A stretch of DNA of 64,000 nt from Lingula anatina (taxonomy: Eukaryota; Animalia; Brachiopoda): NCBI GenBank assembly GCA_051362555.1, contig CM120641.1, positions 43,964,401-44,028,400 of the forward strand, read 5' to 3'. Below are positions 1 through 12,564 of this stretch, piece after piece. The first letter of the stretch is position 1; each line of letters begins with the position of its first letter. The translations under genes were made by a program, and so were the position numbers. The notes under the pieces were generated by a model. That model did not search any database, was not told where the DNA came from, and saw only the letters and a list, made by a program, of their open reading frames with translations.

Positions 1-2190
1 ATTTCCTCCATTCTGAGATTCTGAACATAGTGAATGATTAAATCTGACAAACTGCAATGATATGAGTTTATTTCCATTTTTGACACTTTTTTACACAATA
101 CATGATAACAAGTTTACCATCATTTTTACTAAATCAACTAACAATGTTGTAAAGATGCAGGAAATGTCAAACAAACGCTTTTACGTATCTTATTAGTTTA
201 ATAATGAGACTGTTAACATGCCTAAGAAATGAATCTGAGGAAATGCGAAAAAACAGAATACCTTCAAAAATATTGGCACGATTATGCTGGTTTACAAAAT
301 CAACATGAATTTTAGCAAAACTGACCACTCCTATGACTTTCATGACAATTGGCCCATCTGTTTTTCTTATATTGTGTTTACAGTGTTGCATATATGCTGA
401 AAAGTGTAAAAAACAGCATAACTACTAAAATAAGAAGTTTACCATCATTTTTACATAATCAACTAACAATGTTGTAAAGATGCAGGAAATGTCAAACAAA
501 CACTTTTACGAATCTTATTAGTTAAATAATGAGACTGTTAACATGCCTAAGAATTGAATCTGAGGAAACGTGAAAAAACTGCACAACTTATAAAATAATG
601 GCCCGATCATGCTTATTTTCGAACTTAACCTGCATTTTATGAATACTCATCAGCTCTGTAAATATAAAGCCAAAAAGTAAAACTATCTTCCACTTACGGT
701 GTTAACGCTGAAAGTGCACAGCGACGGTGACGGCAACATGATTGGCGACGGCGACGACAGACGCAGGTGGCCTCATAATAAAATATACGTATCGTGGATT
801 TTCAGAAAATATGACTAGCATGGGTCTTCAAGCCCGTGGAGGTTCTAAGTCACACCTTGAAAATGCCAATATGTGAAAAATTAAATTTTCACAAAAAACT
901 GATTAACTGCCAAAAAAATTTACCAAATAGACTGCATTGCCCACTGAAGCTTTATTTAAGTCCCTTGTTTCTTCCTGTAAGTTTGAGAACAGTAAGTGAC
1001 ATGGTTTTCCTTAAATGGTCATCATGGGAGCAGTGTCCAAAATAGGGGTGTCTTCAAATTTTGTTGCAATATTACATAATGTTTAACAGGATAATTACCA
1101 TCAATTTTTAATAATAAAATATTAGTATCATGGATATTCAGAAAATGTTCCTAGCAAAGGTCTTCAGGCCCAAGGAACTTCAAAGTCACACCTTGAATAT
1201 GCCAAAATGTAGACAAGACAGCACTGTCCTGAAATGTGTTTTTTTTCCATTTTTAACAATTTTTTAACATATAACAAAATTAACAATTTACTGCCATTTA
1301 TATATGATCAACTAAGAAAATTGATGAGATGGGAAAAATATTAATAGAATAGTGTTAAATGTCCAATTTCTTCCATTCTGAGTTTCTAAACATACTGAAT
1401 AATTGAATCTGACAAACTGCAATGATATGAGTTTAATTCCATTTTTGACACTTTATTACACAATACACCAGAACAAGTTTAACATCATTTTTACGAAATC
1501 AACTAACAATGTTGTAAAGATGCAGAAAATGTCAAACAAACACTTTTACATTTCTTATTAATTAAATAATGAAACTGTTAACATGCCTTAGAACTGAATC
1601 TAAGGAAATGTGAAAAAACAGCATAACTTCTAAAATAATGGCCCAATTATGCTAATTTTCAAACTCAACCTGCATTTTAGTAAGATTAACCACTCCTGTG
1701 AGTTTAAATGACAATTGGCCTATCTGTTTTTCTTATATTGTGTTTACAGTGTTGCATATATGCTAAAAAGTGAAAAAACAGCATAACTACTAAAATAGTG
1801 GCCCGATCGTGCCGATTTTCGAACTTGAACTGCGTTTTAGTAAGATTGATTGCTCCTGTGAGTTTCATGACAACAGGCCTATCGGTTTTCCTTGAAATGT
1901 GTTAACAGTGTTGTATATATGCTGAAAAGTGAAAAAACAGCATAACTTCTACAATAATGGCTCGATCATGCTGATTTTCGAACTTGACCTGGGTTTTATG
2001 AATATTCATCAGCTCTGTAAATATAAAGCCAAAAAGTAAAACTTTCTTCCACTTATCGTGTTAACGCTGAAAGTGCACGGCGCCGGCATCGGCGACGGCA
2101 TCGGCGACGGCATCGGCATCGGCGACGACGGCGACGACAGACGCAGGTGATGGCAATATGTACAGACACATCTGTGTCTGTACATAAAAA
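1..2190. mobile_element. Helentron-associated non-autonomous element (HINE-like), partial, with internal tandem repeats; lies in a CCZ1 intron
   Basis: Block 1-~600 recurs at ~1366-2060. It has repeated cores (aaaacagcataact..aaaataatggcccgatcatgc..ttttcgaacttgacct) and GACGGC/GGCATC microsatellites at ~722-765 and ~2078-2145. It ends in a 13-bp-stem hairpin TATGTACAGACAC-atct-GTGTCTGTACATA (2157-2186) followed by an A tract. The family assignment is by architecture only. Confidence 0.6.
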
Positions 2191-2946
2191 GGCTACAATT
2201 ATCATCTCAAATCATGAGCCTCAGTAAGCATCCTCATCATCATCATTGTCATCACCCAAGACCATGTTAAAAAGAGGCTCTGCCACAGCAAAGTCTTCAT
2301 TTTTGGGAATAACTTATGCAGCCAAACTTAAATAGCAGTCTATGTGGACTTTGTTAGATTGGTCTAAAAGCATCTCATGAATAATATTTGCAATAATATT
2401 GAAGTGGGCGCCTGTCTCAAATGATAGTAAAGACTGTTGTCAAGACAATTATTATTTGACCTAAAGGTACAGGTAAAAGACTGAAATATCAGTTAAATGG
2501 CCTTTTTAAGCATTTGTGAAACTCAACACTTGCACCTAAATATCCATTGCATACTTTGATAAGACCAATTCAAATCAGTCCTCTGCTAGGATCATCAGTT
2601 GTCTTAAATAGTTTAAGAATAGTAACTACACGCCCCATTGAAACAACGTCTTATAAGGTTGCTAAAATTCCCAAAATGCATAGATGTACTACATGTATTT
2701 GGTCTATTTTACCTTAGGACAATTGTCAACCAAATAAAATAAAAAAAAATCAGCCATGTCTATCTCCTTACAAAACAGGCACTATATATAATTCAAGTGG
2801 GCCACTTTTTATTCATCTATTGTCAAAACAAACTTTTAAGATTCTGTCACTAGGTTAATACCCCAGTTTTTGGCGTTTAAATTTATCTTGTGAAACTGGC
2901 CAAATAGACCAGGGAATTTATCAACCAGGGAATTTATTGATATTAC

Positions 2947-5900
2947 CTGGAAATGTCAGCATTGATGTCCCCAATCAAACGCATTATGTCTGGCGGCACA
3001 GTGACACTACCAGCAGTCTTCTTGTTACTGTCGGCATGGATGGTGGTCTTCTGAGCAAGGTTCATATAGTTGAAATATACATATTTGAACAGGGGCTCTG
3101 CAGTGCTAAAATACAGAATAGGTATATAAGTTAAAACAGTGTTTTTAGATTGAACTCCAAGAAATAAATCTATAAAATGAGAAAATAATGAGCTTTGAAC
3201 CTGTTTTCTTATTATGCTCAATTATCTATCAGTGGCACACTCTGCAATTTATTAGTTACAGTGTTAGTTTATTGTAAATACCCTCACCTTGGTGGCCTCC
3301 TTGCATACTGTTCCCCTATGTCAGATGCTAATGAACTCAACTGTGGACCCAAAAAACTGTCTAAACTCTTAAAAAAGTCGAAAGGTATCTGGAAAGAACC
3401 TGAAAGCAAATAAATAAATAAATATGAAAAATAATCCAATCTATGAAAATTAACAGAAAACTGATACGATGCACACTTATAATCCTCTTATTGAATAAGT
3501 TGTATTGACCCTATTTACATTTTTCATAAGCTTCTCAGTGCACAAGCTTGACAAACTTGTAAAATTAGCCTTTCTTTAAATTATTTCACATCTTATAATA
3601 TAATAATGTATCAAACTGTCATAGCCTTAAAACACCAGGGGTCAGTTTCACAATATTTCATTTTAAGAAGACAACTACTAATTAATCTTAAGGCATGTAA
3701 GACTAAAAGTTGACAGTTTTAAAGTTAAAAAACCATTCTTTGATCTTAAGGACATTTATAAAATTAAACCCGTACCCTCTATAAGCATGCAGACGGTGGC
3801 ACTCAATGCTCTGTAGACCAGAAGATGGCACTCCTCATCAGGACGACCCGTGTTGACAAATATCCTGGGGATTTTACCAAAGTTTTGGGGTTCAGTCAGG
3901 CTTGGAGGACCTGTAACAAACCTACAAAAAGGTGCAAAAGAGAAAAACTGTAAGTTGACTTTGATGTGTGCATCATAGAATATCTGACAAAAATGTGCAA
4001 TGATAAATTAAATGCTTCTTTTTTAAATTCTGAATTACTTTATCAATCAAAAAAAAAAATGATTTGATTCTTACTAAAACAAATGTGTAAAAGACATACG
4101 ATTTTAATTTAAAACAGACCTTTAGATAAAAAGTGTAGTAGGCTGAAAATTTGAAACTTTCATTTATAATGAAGTGATATTACTAGTAATTATATCAGAT
4201 GGATTAAGAATGTGTCAGGTGGCTACACGCACGCACACACATGCACACACACACACGCACACACACACACACCTACATGTGCCACTTACTTCCCATAGTG
4301 GCTGGTACTTGGTCCTCCAGTCACATTAGTAGAAGAACTGTATGGACTGCCTCCTTGTAATTCTTGCTCCATATATGCTGGAAACAGACTTGTTGTCAGG
4401 TATTTGTACATGTACCTCATATCATCCTGCTCAAGACCACTCCTGTAATCAAACATTTTTCATCTAACTATTAGCAGCAAATATCTTTATGCAATATATT
4501 CATATGACATGATCTTTATTTTGACCAAAGAAGAAAGATGTTTTCATCTCTGCTGGTTTGATTGTTTGTAAGTGGGCAGGATATATCCAAAAGTTCTTCA
4601 AAAATCTTAGGCATTACAAATTTATTGTGGAGGGAAAATAGTGATTACTACCAAATTCAGGTCGCCAAATATTCTCATTATCCTTTCCTTGATAAAAAGC
4701 CTGGGTGCTCTCCTCTGAATCTTTATTTTATTTTATTTTTTAAAGCATTAGACATACACATTAATTTTATCTTTTGAAAAAAGACTGAAATTCACTCTCA
4801 GACATATTTCCTAAGCACACTTACCATACTAACTGGTCATTATAAAGGAATGCTGTGTACTTCACTTGTAAGAAAGTGGCTTCCAACAAGTTGATGAGGC
4901 ATTGTATCTTGAGGTATGTGTTCTTGTCAAGAGGCAGGAAGTGAATGCCACAGTACACATCTAGGATATCACTTTGGTTCAGCTTCAGTGTTTGTAGATA
5001 CTAAAATCAATATATTCATTAATGTCTTTTTAAAAGATACAGATGCAAACCCACCTTTACAGGTAGTAGGTATAAGATAAAGGAACTTGAACTTTGTAAA
5101 CTCTGCATGCAAGTTATGTGTATTTTTTATGTTGTTATTGTTAATGCTAACATTCTTTTTGAAACTTTACATGCATACATAACTTTAATTACCTAGGTGT
5201 ATATAAAACAAGCACAAATAAACATTTCTTGAAGTACAAATGATAAATACAATTTCTACAAAAAGTGACAGATACAAAATTGTGTCCTCTAAAAAAATCG
5301 ATAATGCACTGCTGTGAACATAATATGTATCGTTGAAATGATGCCACAATCACATACACCTGTAATAAACAAACCCTTGAAAAAAAGTGGTCAAGCCTCT
5401 GTTTCAAGTTTTGAGCTGTCCCTTTTTCTAAAATGTGTTGAAAACTTCCCATAAATAACTGAAAAGGAAAAAAAAGAGACAAATATGCAACTAACAGATC
5501 TGATAAATGATTTCCAATCCAATTTTACAGAAAGGGTCCACTCAAAAAGTAAAGAAGTAATTTCTTATTACTGGCTGGTTTAAGTATTCTTCAAAATTTG
5601 ACACACATCCAACAATACCTGTTAACTGTGGTTTCATACAGCAACAAAGAAAACACAATTCATCAATCCAAGCCAATTTTTATGATAAAGGTTCAACTAT
5701 GTAAATGTTTGACACTTCAATCATTTTAAATATGCCCTTTCCGAGTCTGTAGGTTTATAACTAATAATGGCTGAAAGTAAAATTAATAATTAATAATTAT
5801 ATTCAGAGGTGGATCTCTAATAATATTCATAAAATGTCAGAGCTTACAAATTTGAAATTTGTCATTACATATCCGCACTGTTACCTTAAACATTCTATAA

Positions 5901-7517
5901 GCTTGTTTCAGTACAGCATCAAAGACCGAGTCCTGCACATCATCCTCATGGAACTCCATGTAACTCTGCCCATCTTTCTCTTTTTCACTGGATGGAATGC
6001 TGACTGTCTGTAATGTTAAGTTAAAATGTCAACAAGCTACATTATTACAATACTAGTGCATGTATAACCCAGTCTGTGACATTAGCTATGACAGATTTAG
6101 CATCAGACTCATTAAAACTGCAACTATTCCATCTATCTGTGTGAAATTTAAGCCACTTCAGCTTCATCAATCTAACAGTATTCTTGTCCTGAATCTATTT
6201 TACTCTGTGCTCAAAACTTCAAACTTTTGATGGCATAAAAAACCTAGATATAATGTCACTGTGCAAACAAAAGTTAAAGTAGTATTAATCTTATATTGAA
6301 ATAATTTAAATATAATTAATCTAAGTAGCTGGTACACTGTACATACTTGCTTATTCTAAAGACATGTAAGTGCATTTTGTAATGTACTGTTTTATTTTGT
6401 GGTGTGTGGTTCATCAAATGCATTTTCTTAACTGTCACATAAGAAAAATTCTGATAATTATAAATATCTTTGTCTTACCAATACCATCCAGAAGTCTTTT
6501 TCTGGCTGGTGAAAGACCTGTCTAGTTTTCTGTGCATGCATAGCTTCACAGGGGTTATCTGAGAAGGTTCTGAAAGAAAACAAAAACAGTATTATTCGAA
6601 GTTGTTTAATAACAGTTTCAAACTTACTAGTAAGCTGGCACTTTAGTTTGCATTCAAGGTATGGAAAATTTAAGCAAAAGACTTCATAAATTCTTATCTG
6701 GCCAAAAAAGGTGTAAAATACTGTATCATTTCTTGTCACAAGTCTTAAGTTCAAAATATTCATTTGTCTCAAATCATCCAGATATATTCTAGCAAGAGTT
6801 ACATCCAAAAGTGACTCCTGTTAGGGACAGCACTGAACAACATGATTGTATAATGCTTGTACACTTAAGTGGTAAGAAACAACAAGTATCATTATTATCA
6901 TTATTTGCTTTCATAACCTATATTAATAAAGATAATTAAATAATGCTTGACAAGAATATGGGGCCATTCTGCAGACCTTAAAATTTAAAGTGATGTTCTG
7001 TAGTAATTGCACCAATGCATGAAAATATGTTGTTTCTTACCATCAAAATGATCAACACAGCTTGATACTTACTCTGTGAACTTGATGATTGCTTCACATA
7101 AACCCACATCTTTGATCTTCTTATCTAACTCAGTGTTTGGTGGATAATAGTACAATATCTTCTTTTCTTCCTGGGAAGATCAAAGATTGGTAAATCATGC
7201 AGTACTCAGGTAATATTATAATCAGATGGCTTAAATTGCTGGACAAAATAATTTACTTATCTTTTTATTGTGTTCAAAGTATACCACATCAAGGTTTCTT
7301 AAAATAAAATGCAGATATACGGCATAAACTAATTAAATTAAACTGAAGAGAGCATAAATTAAACTGAAGAGGAGGTGGAGTGAAACATCAACATGTAAAG
7401 GGTGTCAGATTACGCGTCTTGCTGGTTTACCTCTCCTTCTCTTGGTCCATACTCAGAATTAAAAACAAAGAAATTGACTAGAGACACTGGTGTCTTTTCT
7501 GGAGACTTCCCCGTCAT
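2947..7517 (-). CDS. CCZ1: Vacuolar fusion protein CCZ1 homolog (MON1-CCZ1 Rab7 GEF subunit); 10 exons in window, 3' exons lie left of it
   Basis: Frame-consistent GT-AG exons: 7517-7431, 7170-7073, 6569-6479, 6007-5885, 5458-5375, 5000-4825, 4442-4290, 3921-3776, 3399-3288, 3105-2947. The translation has CCZ1 hallmarks: FFVFNSEYGPREGEEEKKILYY, VGLCEAIIKFT, FLYNDQLVWSGLEQDDMRYMYKYLTTSLFP, FKYVYFNYMNLAQKTT, DIMRLIGDINAD. Confidence 0.95.
4225..4272. repeat. (CA)n-type microsatellite
   Basis: Imperfect CA/CG dinucleotide run in a CCZ1 intron. Confidence 0.85.
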
Positions 7518-7760
7518 GTCCAACTTGTTAGAAACAACGTAAACTTTACATCTATTTTTATCTTAATTTCGAAAAAATATTTGACTGGAAGCTGACATCT
7601 TGAATCTCGCGAGATCTCGTGCATATTAGGTTCCAAACTTCAAAGAGGAAGATCAAGTGAGGTTGGGTAAAACTTCATTATCTCTCTCGAAAAAAAGGTG
7701 CTTGAATGAAGTAATTGTAATTATAAGTAGGAAGATATTTCTCAAATGGTATCACGTGTG
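7518..7760. promoter_or_regulatory. Putative bidirectional promoter of CCZ1 and the MIF4GD-like gene
   Basis: The genes are divergent. A perfect palindrome ATCTCGCGAGAT lies at 7604-7615 (TCTCGCGAGA core) and an E-box TCACGTG at 7752-7758. Confidence 0.55.
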
Positions 7761-8598
7761 ATGTAATGTGTGTGAATGTTACTTTTTTTTTGCGTTCTCT
7801 GACTGCTGTTTCCTAGAGAGCTCATCAAGTCTACATGTACAGACTACACGATATATCTTTTCACAATTTGTTTTCATGCCCTTGCACCTTTCATATTTGT
7901 ATGGAATACCATACAAGGTGTTTATGTTAAACAGGGGTATATGAGAAGCCCCTGTACTTAAAAAAACGCTGTGTTACACTGTTTTATTTACACTTTTTCT
8001 TAGGTACTTTAGAAAAAAAAATCAGAATGTGCCAGACAAACACAAGTTACTAGTAGTAGTACATATATATCTTCTGAAAGGTCTTTTTAAGCAAAATGTT
8101 ATGTTTTTGGAATTCAGAAATTATCTTACAAGCTTGTAAGGCAAAAAACTGAGGCAAGTGATCTGTATGCAAGCCATGCACTGCTGCTGCAGGACAGGAT
8201 TGACAGTGATAATATACTGGTACTCCTTATTTGCTTGCCTTTTTACATTTGCCTTTTAAATTTTCAGAATGATGCCCCAGATCAGAAATTTCTTTGCTAA
8301 GTGAAAATTGCAGGGACTTTGTTATATGTAATGCAAAGCAAATTTAAGCAAAGACCCCCACCCCACCCCTTCCCCCAAAATCGATGGCATATAACAAAAA
8401 ATTGCATTGAGATATATTTCAATATGGGTTAACAATACAGACTCTGTTCATAGCATTCACACACATATTTCTTGGGAGTTACCACACTCGGCTGTCACCT
8501 TGATTGGATAGTAAATGATTGTTGTAAAATTGCTATATGATTTTAAAACAGGGTGCGTAAATTTGAAAACCAAGAACAACCTTTGACTGCCACATTAA

Positions 8599-8930
8599 AG
8601 GGATAATAACTCTTCGTTTCGTCCAAAAAATGAATTTTCTTGGAGTAAACAACAATTTTCCCATACTTACCAATGGCTAATGAATCCATTTTTACATTCA
8701 AAGTTAGTCCCTTTTTTTTTTCTGAAAAGTTTGGTTTTTTGTTAAAATCTCAAGAGGTTTTAACAGAGTATAGCCATCAATGGAGGTCACGTGGTCAGAC
8801 AAGCTCAGATATCAGAATAATAGCTATAACTGCCATTTTTGTGGTAAAACAGAATATATTATATTTGTATGAGTTATTCACAATGTTTTTATTGTGAAAT
8901 ATAGATCTCATACAAAGAGTTATTATCCCT
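8599..8930. mobile_element. Non-autonomous DNA transposon (MITE), Kolobok-like
   Basis: 16-bp TIRs AGGGATAATAACTCTT (8599-8614) and AAGAGTTATTATCCCT (8915-8930), flanked by TTAA on both sides (8595-8598, 8931-8934). A TTAA target with purine termini is the Kolobok pattern. Confidence 0.75.
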
Positions 8931-9315
8931 TTAATCTAATACAGTCAAAAATACCCTATCAAAAGAGGCCAAAGCATTCAAACTGAATGCTGTAAAGTTC
9001 CCATATACCCCCACAGAGACAATAAAATAGTAAGCTTGTGAAACAAGATTCCAGAAATTTAAAGATAATAATCGAATTAAAATAGTGCCAGGCATCGGAG
9101 GCCTCTAATTTACTCAATAATTTCTTTTATTTAAAAGGGAAAAATAAAATAGTGAATGAATTTAGATTTTTTGTGAAACTGCCCAAGATAACCAAGATAG
9201 CAGTCTACTCTAAGAGCAGTGTGATTTTCTACTTAAGCCATTTTGTGAAATGGGTTCCAATACTAAAATTACCATTCCCTGCTTCAGCAGCCCAAGCACC
9301 ATCTTCAATAATATA

Positions 9316-12300
9316 ATGCCTATTGTCATGGACTCAACCTCTCCCGGTCTCAATATGGCCCATGGGTTTGTGAGGCACATTCAGCAGTGTCAGATGGAAA
9401 GAAAACTCTATGAACAGAGTCTGTCTGATAGAAAGTTGCAGGAACAAAATGCAGCACAGCAGCAGCAAAATGCGTATGGGAAGTCTGCACTGAAAAGATC
9501 TGCTACAGAGAACAAACAGAAACAAAGACCAGATCTCCCTTTGTATCAGCCTCCAGGTATTTGTATAGGCCCCATTCAGAATGAGAAGATGTAAGTGCTA
9601 ACTGGTCCACGGCTTAAATATGGCAGACCTACATGAAAGGAAGACCGCTTAATCCTGTAATGGTCTCTCCGCCTCTTACAAGCCTCCCCGTGTGGCGTCC
9701 CTGTAGGGGCACAGTAATTAAATCTCGACTCCATTCGAGCAGATGCATGGAAAGGCATGTGAGAGGTGAAGAGACCATTACAGGATTAAGCGGTCTGTCA
9801 TATTTGAGCCTTGGACCAGTTGATACTCAGATCTTCTATACTGAATGGTCCCACAGATGCTATGTTTTAAATAAAGTTTTAAGGAAAGGTTCCTTGTGAA
9901 AGCTGTAACAATGTTATTTCTGTGATATCCAAGTTTCTAAAATGTTTTTTTTTTTTAATCAAAGAAGGGAGGGTTGAGTCTAGTAGACAGTCTGCTGTGT
10001 TTGTTTTCTTCTAATTGTTCTTTTTTATTATCACAACTCGACATTATTGTAGAAGTCTGAAATGTAAAATGATTAAATGAATAACTTTTATGAATAAATC
10101 TGTTGCCTTTTTATTTAAAAGTTAAAAGTTAAAATTATATTAAATTTTATTAATTTTATACTTGTCAGTATTGTAAGTACTATGTTATTTCATTACATAG
10201 TGTTTTTTCCCCAAGTTGAAATTTTGCTTTTCTGCATATTATAAAATACTTGGTCCATGATATTCTCATTTTTGTAATTTTGTACTGCTATTAAGAAGTT
10301 CTGCTTCTTACAAACTTGTATATAAAATACGTTGAAAATGATAATTGACATTCAAATATTCCAGAAAAGTTTATAGTATTGCTCAGTGTACATACAGGGT
10401 AAGCTTTTAAAATGGTTATATTCTCCAGGTCTGCGTTTCCGTCTCAACAGTACCAGTAGTACTAGTACCTGCTGCACCAGTGACCTGCACATCATGAATG
10501 AGGAGGTGTCGTCAGAGGAGGTGGATTTACCAAGATATATTGAGGAAATGCAGGGAAACATAGCCAAAGCATTAAAAAGTAAGTTTGGGTTCAGTCTGTG
10601 AGAAATTACACACTTAGGATGGTTGACAGAAAGGTCTCCACAATCTGAAGATTTTTTATTGAATGGTTTAATTGGTCAGAATGTTTTTTTTTTTTCAAAT
10701 ACATTCTATTTTTGAAATCAAGTATCCATGTTCTCTGTCACTGAATGAAAAATTATATGCATGCGTAGGTAATCAACTAGAAAAGTTGATTCATTTTTGT
10801 CTGAAGAAACAAATGTTCAATTTTGACTTTCATTAATTTTTTATAAGTGGGGGAAATTACTGTAACAGTGGAATTCAAACATAAGGTCTGGCTGCTACTG
10901 TATGTTTTTTTTATCTTTCCATTAAAAAATTGAATTTCTTGAGTAAAATTTATTCAAGAAATTCAATATTAAATTAATAATTTATAAAAAGAATTAAATG
11001 TAAGGAAGCGCAAATAATTTAAATGGAAATGAAACTGAACTTTGAATTTACTGCATCTAGAAATAAAGCTAGTAAATTTTAAGGAGAAAGGACTTTCACA
11101 ATGTATGTGCCCTAACTATGGAACAGCTTGCTAAAATTAGAGCAGCAGGTGGCATATAAATTTTCAAAAGACTTTTAAAGGCATATTTTTGTAACAGCTT
11201 ATATTTAGTTATTGAGCATTTTTTATTCTTAGCTATATATCTTTAATTCTATAATTAAGTTTAAATTTGCCATTTTTAGCTCTCAACTTTGTCATTTTAA
11301 ATCTTTATTGTAATATTAATTCTTCAAAATAGTAATATTTATCTCTTTCAAATTGTTATATTTAGCTCTTTCAAATTGTTATATTTAGCTCTTTTAATTA
11401 AAAACAACTGGTGCATTGAGATTTTTTATGGTATGTGCCATGTAATAATAGTATATTATTATTATTATGTTCTTAGTTTATTTGATAAGTGATAATCTCT
11501 GCATTATAACCGAAAAACCAAAATTTATACAATGTTGGTTTATCCAGAAGTGAGCCTAGGCTAGGCAAGATAAATATTTAAAAAATCAAATTTGTTTCGA
11601 CATTTTATTCAGCAATTTTTGGCTGGCAAAAACAGAGTAGCTGTATTTTTGTGATAAAGTTAAAGCTTGAAACAATAAACATCTGCCTTCCCACCAGTAT
11701 TTTGGTTGATCCAGTCCATGTATCCAGATGTCAGGGCTCTGCTATACCCACAGCCAGGTCTAGAGTAACGGATAGGAAGATAAACTTTCCCGTCAGATGC
11801 CCAACCAAATGCACAGACACCAAGTCCGTCTTCCCATGCAGCGCGCAGTTGGGCTGGTGTTGCGATTTTGGCACCGCGTTCAATGCATTCCTGTTTGGCT
11901 TGGTTAAATGAAAGCTTGTAATGACCTTCGGATGACTCAGCATGGAAAACTGGAACTTAAAAGAATAAAATTATAATTAGTAAATTCAATATAGGAAGAT
12001 GTGTAAATAAATTCCTAATGTATAAGCAAATAGACGACCACGGCTCTAATATCTACATATATTGATTAAATCAAATTTTAATTTGAATTATTAGTTGAGG
12101 ATTGATTTAATTTACTGCAAATGAACTCCAAAACTTGTAAAAACAAGCACAGAGTTTCTTAATGTAAAAGTTTAGCATTGAGAATACTGTTTTCAGAATA
12201 ACTAAACATGATACTCAGCACAAGGAAAACTGTCAAAAAAGAGATCAAAACTGAATTTTTTTCCATATTAATTATTTTCATGTCCTTGATGAGTCCACTG

Positions 12301-12528
12301 CAGTGAAAATACCTACTGTGTTGTCTTCTTGCAATTTGATCCATCAGTGACTTCAAAGTCTGCATTTGATGTTGGAGGTTTTGGATTTCTTTTTGGGTCA
12401 AACCCTTGAGGTCATCAATACTCTGCTTTATATCTTTAAGCTCTTGGATTTTTACAATGCCAGCAATTCCAGCAACGCCAGTTATCTGTAACCAGAGTGA
12501 GAAAAGTTGAAAATAATTATGTAAATTT

Positions 12529-12564
<36 letters not shown>

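Noticed and set aside
167-1045. Short ORFs at 167-391 and 836-1045
   Set aside because: They lie inside the HINE-like repeat and do not match the missing CCZ1 C-terminal exons.
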